64,000 nt of DNA from Amphiscolops sp. MND2022 (Eukaryota): NCBI GenBank assembly GCA_964187785.1, contig OZ076409.1, forward strand, positions 1,426,001-1,490,000, given 5' to 3'. Position 1 is the stretch's first letter, and each line of letters begins with the position of its first letter. Positions 12,570-21,600 of this stretch are shown piece after piece. The notes below the pieces were generated by a model. It ran no database searches and was not told the origin of the DNA. It saw nothing but the letters and a program-made list of their open reading frames with translations. Position numbers and translations under genes: made by a program.

Positions 12570-12777
12570 GCAAGCTGCACTACCCGACAGACGTGTGTGG
12601 ACCCCTATTCGAAGAAGAGCTGGCGTTCTGGGGTCTGGACTCGAACCAGGTGGAGCCCTGTTGCTGGATGACCTATGTCCGGCACAGGAACACAGAGGAG
12701 ACCCTGGGAATTCTGGAGTCCCTGGAAATCGATGGTCACGAAGACGGAGAGGAAAACGAGGAAAAACTTTTTGAAAG
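12570..12777 (+). CDS. Shaw: Shaw/Kv3 coding exon 2 (T1 domain C-part)
   Basis: tttgcag|[41 protein letters not shown], including the HX5CX20CC Zn site. Donor AG|GT at 12778. Phase 1 in, phase 2 out. Confidence 0.95.
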
Positions 12778-13896
12778 GTTTAAAAAATTATGTTTTTTCC
12801 AGATCTCACGAGCGTTCATACTATGAACCCACCAGAAAATGGTCGCGTTTCAAATCGAGGATTTTAATCGAAATTTTTCCCGTTGGCGTTCGACTGGATA
12901 GAGTTAAGGGCAAACTTATTTCAAAATGGTGATGTATTTTGTTTTTTTTTTGCAAAACATGTTCGAACATTTAGGTCCAAAAACCGAAATTGATGAAAAT
13001 CTGAGTGTTTATGAGCCCCATGTTTTATTAACATCACATTTCGAATTAGTTTTCCCATTAATTTCTATCCAATCAAACACCAACGGGAAAAAATTTCGAT
13101 TAAAGTCCGGAAAGCATTTGAAAAATTTTATTTTTGAAAACTTAAGACCAAAAATGTTTATTTTGGCTGTGCCATATCAAAAAACGTCGAAAAAGGAACC
13201 ATCTAGTTTCGAATCTTTACTTACAATTTCCTGCCTAATTTAGACTAAAAACACAAGGAAATGATTCTGAAACGACATTTTGATCACAGACGTTTTGTCC
13301 GCTTCATTATTGACAAAAAAAGTATTCAAACAAGCCATGGATTTTTTTGTTCAATCCAACCCTACACTAGTAAAAAGGCAATAGAACGTAGAATCCACAA
13401 CAAGCTGGGAACGACATGAGTCGGGGCATCGCTTGAGGCTCAAAAGTAGCGAAAAATTGTCAAAGCGTCAATGATTCTTTCGTTATTCGACGCCCACCCC
13501 CGTAATAGGGTGAAGTAAAGCTCTTCTCTGTAAAACTAAAAACTTTTTGGAAAATCAGTGAAAAAATTGTAACAAAAAGGCTGATTACAAACCAGAAACA
13601 TTCAATATTAAATCCACGCAGTATTAATGAGAAATTGAACAGCTTCCTGTTTTGGGTAAAAAAAAAATAAAAAACCAGCGAATTCGAATATACTAACGGT
13701 CAAAATGTGTGAAAAATATTTTTTCAACAAAAAACAATTATAATACACGTTAACTTCCTGTTATGGAAAAAGAATTTACTTTTAATTAGGCTAGTCTGCA
13801 CTTTTTAAGGAAAGGTACTATTAAACATTTTGGTGGTCGGGAAAACAAAAAAGAGCCGGAATCAATTTTCTTCTTTTCTTTATAAATTCATTTTAG

Positions 13897-14005
13897 GTTT
13901 GGGATCAGCGACCACCAGAAAAAGATGGGCATCAACAAAAGATTACGGCTTCAAATGGATCTGTGGAAGCTTTTTGACGACCCCCACTCTTCCAAGTGGG
14001 CCAAG
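13897..14005 (+). CDS. Shaw: Shaw/Kv3 coding exon 3 (T1-S1 linker)
   Basis: ttttag|G TTT GGG: RFGISDHQKKMGINKRLRLQMDLWKLFDDPHSSKWAK (Kv W.LF..P.SS..AK motif). Donor AAG|GTATC. Phase 2 in, 0 out. Not shown in this frame in the ORF track. Confidence 0.9.
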
Positions 14006-14080
14006 GTATCATTACGTCATAGCATCGCGTTACGTCACACTGCGTCATAGATAGCGCTTACGTAATGCAATCAGTAGAGT

Positions 14081-14555
14081 GGTGGTAGGTTGTATAACCG
14101 AACGAGCTTTAAGACGAAAGAATTTAAAGCCGAATATCTACAGCTGACATGGGTCTAGCTCAATTGGACGACCGCTCAACTAACCGATTGATCAATTGGA
14201 AGACTATCAGCTGTTTCTAAAATATTATTGGTTGATTCATCTTCGCTGACAGACTCCGATTACGTAATCATTACAAGTTGTGAGCGGAACTGAAATTGGA
14301 ATGCGTGCAAAATCGATCAATTGCACAGTCGTCTAACTGAGCGGTCGTCCAATTGAACGGTTCCCAGCTGACATCTACAGATAACGTAATCATCGCTAAC
14401 AGTGGTGAGCGGAATTGAAGGTGGATGTAATCCGAATGCAGCAACGTGGCTTCGATATCAGTTCGTTTAACGTTGTTTCTTCGTCGTCCAATCAGATTTG
14501 AGATCAGCTCATATTCGTTCTTCTTAAAGCTAGTTCGGTCATACGAAAAGCTACC
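14081..14555. mobile_element. MULE-type MITE with 9-bp TSD CAGTAGAGT
   Basis: Imperfect ~40-bp TIRs (GTATAACCGAACGAGCTTTAAGA / TCTTAAAGCTAGTTCGGTCATAC). TSD at 14072-14080 and 14556-14564. Confidence 0.75.
14151..14365. mobile_element. Second MULE-type MITE nested in the first, 9-bp TSD AGCTGACAT
   Basis: GGG..CCC ends; perfect IR CAATTGGACGACCGCTCA / TGAGCGGTCGTCCAATTG. TSD at 14142-14150 and 14366-14374. Confidence 0.75.
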
Positions 14556-15801
14556 CAGTAGAGTATTGTGACTGTGGAAAGAGCTTCTAAAGTTGGAAAA
14601 TGTCGATTAGGAGCAAATCTGTTGTGTTATTTCTCTGAATCGAAACAGTCAAAGAGAACTTTCATACGACAGTGAAGCATAGACAGAAAATCAATTTTTT
14701 GCCCGATCGTAATCTGGACTTTAAATTTTTTTTACTAAATTTCGAGAAAATCACCCAATACCAAAAAATTATGAATCATTCTTGAACATTGACAATTCAT
14801 TTTACCAATGCTTCAAAAGTTTTGAACATTTCCTAAAAGAATGGGACCTATTTGCTTCCAACAAAATGTTCATTTTCAATACTCTACTGATGCCTTCGAA
14901 AATCAAGTTATAACTAACTACTGCTTAATTAGAGTAGACAACGCTTAACGTTCCCCAAAGCCGGCGACCAACTATTTCGAAATGATAATTTCCATGAAAT
15001 TTTCATTTCGAAATCAAACCAGGATTGGGTCTTTTCGGTCGTGGCCTCCCATACTTGAACTGGATAATGAAAAATTTGACCTTGTATGATCCAGAAGAAT
15101 TACTTTCTTTACTAAATCTCGAAAACCTTCGTACCTTTTCAAACGTCAACTTCTCAATACATATATTATATAGTATATATATAATAAAAATGCATAAAAT
15201 ATAAAAAATTTAAAAAATAAATATATTTATGCATTTTTAGAGGGATTGCATAACTTCTAAGCTAAGGTGTACGATTAAGACACGAAAAGACCCAAAGTGA
15301 ATTTTATCTTTCTTAGCAAATAATTGTGTTCGTGAAATACAAGCAACAAGCAAGCGGCATTAAATGAAAACTTGCAACTAATTTATTACAAGTTGAGTGA
15401 GCTTTCATTCTAAAGATGAAGAAACTAGACGATTAAAGTTTGATTGAATTTTCTTTTGATATGCAATTAGAGACTTACTACATGAAGTATTTTTATCGAT
15501 CGTTCAAGAAAGCACCCTGTCAAATTCAGCACCTATACCTTCATTTATATTGTATATAAAAAAGAAAGAAAAAAGCTGAAATTTCTTGTTTCATTCTCAC
15601 GAAATCAAATTATTGCTGTTTTGAGATGGTTTTATTTTTAACAGTCACATTTTGAATGAAGGTCAAATTCCGACTACTTGGAAATTTTGTCAAACTTTTT
15701 TAAACTATGACAGCAATTTACGTTAGAAGTTTTCACAGTGTAGTTTATGATTTGTCAAAATGAAGGCCTAAATCAGAGAAATCCCTTTTCCTCATATTTA
15801 T

Positions 15802-17520
15802 TGTCGCAGGCTGCCGCCTGTGACGGCACTAGGATTACGACAACAGCAGTTGGCCAAGATGTGGCCCCAGGAACTCTCCCTATCTATTAAAGTAAACTAA
15901 AACTTTCTCTTAAACTTTTACATTGTTCATGTATTTTGTTGCCATATTATTTTAGAAAATAGCCAAAAGGGCCATATTGGGACGTATTCCCTTATTACTA
16001 AAACTTGGAAATATTGCACTTGTTGGTTAGTTATGATCGATCTTAATTTTGGATGCTAATTATATGTTAGTCTGTTAACATAGATAGTGTTGTACTGTTG
16101 TATTATCAATGCGATGCAGTAATAATCAAAGATTGTGGTAAGCAGCTTAAAGAAAGTACGGAAACGAGTTCAAATGGACTCCTGTACTTTCTTGCTAGCG
16201 TCACTTGCGCTCACTCAATTAGCCAATCAGAGGCCTTCATTTTGTATGCTTTATTCTTTTGCCAATTACGGCCATTGTACAAACTGGACAGAAGTGCTAT
16301 TAATGCCGTTCAGGCAGTTGGCCTAATCCGGCCATTCAGTCCGCCGTAAATAAAGTACTTGTGATTGGTGCTAATTTCATGTAATGATATTTAGCTAATA
16401 GTCAGCTTTGTTAATCATGGAGTACTAGTTTGAAGTGTTGATTGATGTTTTGTCGTACCACTAAAGTTATCCAATTTGTTCTAAAATAGATGTTGCATGA
16501 GATACGATATTATTGCCTTACTAGGCCTTTTGCCATTGTACCCATGAAAGGTATTTACGTTAAACATATTTGTTGTGCTGCCACGTGCTAAAGTATGTGC
16601 ACTTATGTCAACAAATACCTGTCTGATGAAAATGTTTTGACAAATATGTAAACGATGCTAACGGTCGAATGATTATTCCTTTGATGTATGTTATTTGGAA
16701 GGGATATTGTTCATCCCGTGATCATCAAAAATGCAGTCATATGATATTGCCTTAGTCAAAGAATGTAAAGAATGGGAGTGTCACTCTTTCAGGGGTATAA
16801 ATACCCGTGCCTTGGAGAGAGGAGTCACTTCTCAATTTGCTCTCTTTTGAAAAAGACTATCATATTAGTACAAACGGTTTCACTGTTATTTTCGAGATAT
16901 AATCTAATTTAGTTTTATACTCGAAGTTTTCCTTATGCCTACCACAAGAAAACAAAAGAAAGCCAGAAAATCTAGAGGACTAGAGATCCTTTCTGATATC
17001 GAAAATCTGGATATAATGTTAGGAGACAATTGTTATAATGGAACTGAGAGAGAAAGAAGCTTGGACAATAACTTCGTCGGAAGGAGAGAAAGCATTACAA
17101 GTAATAACTTAGACAATGAAGGCGAGAGCCTATTTTCTAATTGCAGAAATGATGAACTTAGGACAAATGCCGATTTCGGTCAAAATTCAGCTGAAGCAAA
17201 CTCACTAACTGAGATAAACAGGTTGTCTAGCGAATTGAACTCTAGGATATCTCGAGAGATGGATGAAGTGATGAACAATGTTGGAATACAGATCCAAAGG
17301 GCCATTAACGAGGCTATCAATAGTCAAGTATTACCTCAGATACAGAATGTCATAATGGCCGGATCGGGCCGACAGACCGGGAGGGGATGGGAAGTCCCAG
17401 TTGAGAGACCGGAAACAAATGCCGAAGATAGGCTTAATTCCAACGCAAAGCCCAATCTCAGAAGTGAACAGGGGGATAATCACCGTTTTAGTGAGAATAC
17501 CACACAGCATGTTCATGACA
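15802..17520 (+). repeat. 5' LTR (1,719 bp)
   Basis: Starts TGTCGCAGG, ends CATGACA. No mismatch with 30059-31777 found in spot checks; the ORF translations in the two copies are identical. Confidence 0.95.
16796..16830 (+). promoter_or_regulatory. LTR core promoter: TATAAATA plus Inr-like TCACTT (predicted TSS ~16827)
   Basis: TATA box at 16796 lies inside the inverted repeat GGGTAT-AA-ATACCC. The Inr A is 31 nt downstream, and the gag ATG 108 nt further. Copy at 31053-31087. Confidence 0.6.
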
Positions 17521-18647
17521 TGGTGACAGGAGACACCGAATCTCCACCTCAAGTTCCCGAGTTTCTCACGGGACGAGTCTCATCCAGAAACCATCTTGAC
17601 AGGTCCTATGAGGACATCAACCTCGACACGACGATCCCAGCACAAGAGAGAAATGCTCCGGCTGCTCTGACTGACCCTATTACTCGACTGGCAGATGTCT
17701 TGACAACGATGCAGAATAGGCCGACAGCCCAACAACTCACTATACGCCCAGTCAATTCCAACACAATGACTTTTGATGGCAAGAGTGAAAAATTCGAGCT
17801 GTTTGAGGACCTGTTCCATACGATGATCAAGATGCAACCAGAAATGACTGAACAAATGAAGATCAATCATTTCCACTCTTTATTGAGAAAGAATGCTCTT
17901 CAAACGTTCAGAAACATCAGTTCGAGCAATAGACAAACTTTAGAAGATGTATTAATCATCTTTAGACGAAAATACGTCAAGCCCGAGTCACAGGCAACCG
18001 CCAAACACAAATGGCACCGACTAGTCTTTGATCCCAACACGATGAAACTGCCCGACTTCCTTGAAGAATTAAATCAAGGGGCAGAAAAGGCGTTTGGCGA
18101 TCACGCGCAAAAAATGATTGACAGCTTGCTTTACGCAAAACTGCCACCGAAACTGAAAAGGTCTGTAAATATGGCAAGACTAGAAAATGGCTCATATGAC
18201 GAGATAGTTGCTCATTTGGAGAGGGAATTAGAGCTTAACGCCCTCGAGGAGTCAGATGATTTACCAATAGCAACAATGACTTCCTCATCAACCAAGCCCA
18301 AAACCCCTCTGTCCGCTGGGCAAATGTCTGATATTACTTGCAATTATTGCAAAGAAAAGGGCCACATAGTCAAGGAATGCGAAAAACTCAAAAAGAAGAA
18401 AGAAAAAGATGCCCAACAAGGCAAACAGATTCAGAAAAAGACGTATCCGGAGTGTGGCACATGCGGTAAAAAGAACCACCCGGAGGAAAGATGTTGGCAA
18501 GGTGCCGGTGCGCATCTTAAACCCAAACGCACCAGACCAGATGACGCTAATGAAGGCAAACCCAATTCAAAGGCGCAGAAACCGCAAAACAAGCCGACAT
18601 CTTCAAACTCAAAATCCTCATCTTCCGACGATGAGTCAAAAAACTAA
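16935..18647 (+). CDS. gag: Gag polyprotein, 570 aa, with two CCHC zinc knuckles
   Basis: Capsid-like FDGKSEKFELFEDLF region; CNYCKEKGHIVKEC and CGTCGKKNHPEERC (CX2CX4HX4C). The first 195 codons lie in the 5' LTR. Confidence 0.9.
   Translation: MPTTRKQKKARKSRGLEILSDIENLDIMLGDNCYNGTERERSLDNNFVGRRESITSNNLDNEGESLFSNCRNDELRTNADFGQNSAEANSLTEINRLSSELNSRISREMDEVMNNVGIQIQRAINEAINSQVLPQIQNVIMAGSGRQTGRGWEVPVERPETNAEDRLNSNAKPNLRSEQGDNHRFSENTTQHVHDMVTGDTESPPQVPEFLTGRVSSRNHLDRSYEDINLDTTIPAQERNAPAALTDPITRLADVLTTMQNRPTAQQLTIRPVNSNTMTFDGKSEKFELFEDLFHTMIKMQPEMTEQMKINHFHSLLRKNALQTFRNISSSNRQTLEDVLIIFRRKYVKPESQATAKHKWHRLVFDPNTMKLPDFLEELNQGAEKAFGDHAQKMIDSLLYAKLPPKLKRSVNMARLENGSYDEIVAHLERELELNALEESDDLPIATMTSSSTKPKTPLSAGQMSDITCNYCKEKGHIVKECEKLKKKKEKDAQQGKQIQKKTYPECGTCGKKNHPEERCWQGAGAHLKPKRTRPDDANEGKPNSKAQKPQNKPTSSNSKSSSSDDESKN
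17521..17532 (+). promoter_or_regulatory. Primer-binding site TGGTGACAGGAG (tRNA-Leu-like, tentative)
   Basis: Directly after the LTR-terminal CA. 11/12 match to TGGTGTCAGGAG, the complement of a common metazoan tRNA-Leu 3' end as I recall it. Confidence 0.6.
18638..18644 (+). promoter_or_regulatory. -1 ribosomal frameshift slippery site A_AAA_AAC at the gag/pol junction
   Basis: Gag ends TCA AAA AAC TAA. The pol frame is -1 relative to gag and opens at 18635, just upstream of the heptamer. Confidence 0.8.
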
Positions 18648-21600
18648 CTTCGCCACGACTCCAATATAACGAACTAATATCTGTCCGACAATACATCAGA
18701 TCGGACCCTCCAACACAAACTTTCCACCAATACAATCAACAATTGATGGGCTATCCCTCTGTTGTCTGGCAGCAGCAGATGGAAAAAGCTACCATCATTA
18801 CCTACAATAATACCCATTTGTTCCAGAAACCAATTCCTGTATGGGATCCTGATTACACATCTGCTTTCAATAGCCGATTCAGGCCCATTCCCCTGGTAGA
18901 CAATTACAACCCTACCTACATAGACCCCGATTATGGACGAGATCCCTATTGGGACACGGAACTCTACAACCAAGATCTCCTACAATTTCAATACGTCATT
19001 GATGACATCGAACTCTACAATAAATCAGCCCATGAAAACCCTCCAATCACCCACAACAAGAAAACTAGAGCATTGATTGAAACATGGCAGATGAATGATG
19101 GTACAAGCCATCCGGTGTTCCCAAACCCCTTGGGGACCGAGACCTCAGACAAACCAGACGAAACAATACCACAGTCACTACTTGATGAAAGTCAGTTCCA
19201 AAACATCCTCATCACTAGAGAAGGAGAACCAGACTGTATTCCACTGTCCACCAACATAAACTTGAAATGCAAAAAACGCATGCTGTATTTCCCTATGGAC
19301 TTTGGGGAATTGACCATAGACGGACTTATCGACACTGGTGCATTATCCAGTGCAATCCCCGAAATGGACCTCCGGAAAATCAGGCTCCTATCACCCCAAT
19401 CAGTCATCCGGGAAGGTCCACCTCCGAATTTCCAGATAATGGTCGCAAATGGGCAACTAGAGACTCCCAAGAGTACAATAGAGCTCAAATTCGAAGTTGG
19501 TGACATAGAGTTCCACGAAATTTTCATAGTAATGGAACACTTGACAGGACCGATCATAGGGCTGATGTTCCTACAGAGAAACCATACAGTTTTGGACATG
19601 AGGCAAGGAATACTGAACTTTCCATTCTTTTCGATGCAGCTCAAAACAGCTGACCACAAATACTCGAATGTACTCGAACCAATTTTGAACCCTACCGAAA
19701 TAACCATTCCGCCAAACGACAGAGTCCTAATTAGGACCAATTCCCTATTGTACCCTGAAAACACGGTCACAGGGATTTTACAACCGAGCGACCTTCTCCA
19801 TGAAGAAGGCGACATCACATTCTGTCCAGCCTTGGTCACCATGAATGACGGCAATATATTGATACCAGTGAATAACTTCACAGACCACCCTTACAAACTC
19901 AAAAAGGGACTCCATATTGCTAGTTTTTCAGTCATGACGCCAGAACAAATGAAATATGTCAAACCAGTAGACCCGGCATCAACCTGGCATTTGTTGCAAA
20001 ACGACCAAGAGCAGGCAGCCCATTACGTCAGTAGCCTGATCAAGACGAATAAAAATTCACAAAACTCTGAAAACTACTGGTTCCCAACCCCAGAGAATCC
20101 AGGGAACCCAGCAGAACATACACCAATCCAAAAAAGGATACTCCGCGAATTACAAGCCCTACAGGACCTAGAATCACTCGATCCCACAAAGGATGAGGAA
20201 TCTAGGGCAAAATTCCTAGAAAACTTTGACTGGAAAGACTCCACATTGACACCTGATGAAAAAGAGAAAATCGAACGATTACTAGTGGAGTTCCATGATA
20301 TCTTTGCGAGACATAGATTCGACATAGGCATGAATGAGGAATTCAAAGTGAAGCTGACACCCAAAGATGATTCCCCAGCCTATAGCCAGAGCCTCCCTGC
20401 ACCGATAAACTTAAAGGAGGACATTTTAGTCGAATTGGCCATGCTCCACAAATACGGCATAATAACTACCTTACCGTTCTCGAAATACGCCAGTCCGATA
20501 TTCGCACAAAAGAAACCGAATGGGAAACTGAGACTTCTGGTTGACTTGAGAAAAATCAACAACCTAATCTCTGATGATTATATCAACAATAATCACCCAG
20601 TCAGTACCCTCGTCGATGCCGCCCAACACATGGCAGGCAAGAAACTCTTTTGCAAGTTGGACTGCTCACAGGCGTATCATTGCCTTCCGATGGCTGACCA
20701 ACGTTCAATCGAAATGTTGGCCTTTAACTTTGCAAGCCGCACATTTGCCTATAGACGGCTGGCACAAGGCCTTAATAGGGCTCTGTCCGCATTCTCCAGC
20801 TTTATGAGAGAATACCTTGATAAAGTCATAAAAGCGGACCAATGTGCTCAGTATGTAGACGACATTGGAATCGCAGCCAACGACGCAGATCACCTCATTG
20901 CTAACCTGAGAGCAACTTTCAAATGCATACAGGAAGCAGGCCTTAAATTGTCAATGCATAAGTGCCATTTTGGTGTCACAGAAATCGATTTCCTTGGCAG
21001 GACAATAACCGCACAAGGCGTCAAGCCCCAACGGCAGAATGTTCAGAATTTCCTAGAAAAGACCAAATTTCCGAAGTCGAAAAAGGCTCTACAAAGATAT
21101 TTGGGTTTCTTGAACTACTACCGGAATTATGTCCCAAGACTGTCTGAACGCCTTGCTCCGTTCTACAAAATGCTGAAGAGTGACGAAAAAGTCCTAGTGT
21201 CCAAAGACCTAGTTCAGCAATTTGAGGAAATCAATCGAGCTCTGGACAGATGCTGCGACTTAGCCCTACAACAACCCATCCCGAACAAACAAATCGCCCT
21301 AATGACAGATGCAAGTTTTGGTGCTGCAGGATATGCAGTACTCATCGAAGATGACCCGAGTCAGAAATTCACGTCAATCCGCAAATCATATGCTCCGGTC
21401 GCCTATGGTTCAAAAACCTTCACCCCAGCCCAGATAAAGATGTCAATTTATGCAAAAGAATTTCTCGCAATTTATTTTGCATTCAAAGAATTTGGGCATA
21501 TTTTTTGGGGAGCGCCGAAACCGGTCATAATCCTAACCGACAACAAAGCCGTAACAAGATTCTTTCAGACGAAAATCGTACCCCCAGCTCTGTGGAATGC

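Noticed and set aside
16098..16349. 83-aa and 63-aa ORFs in U3 (and copies at 30355-30606)
   Set aside because: Short, non-ATG starts and no recognisable motif; their identity in two places only reflects the LTR duplication.
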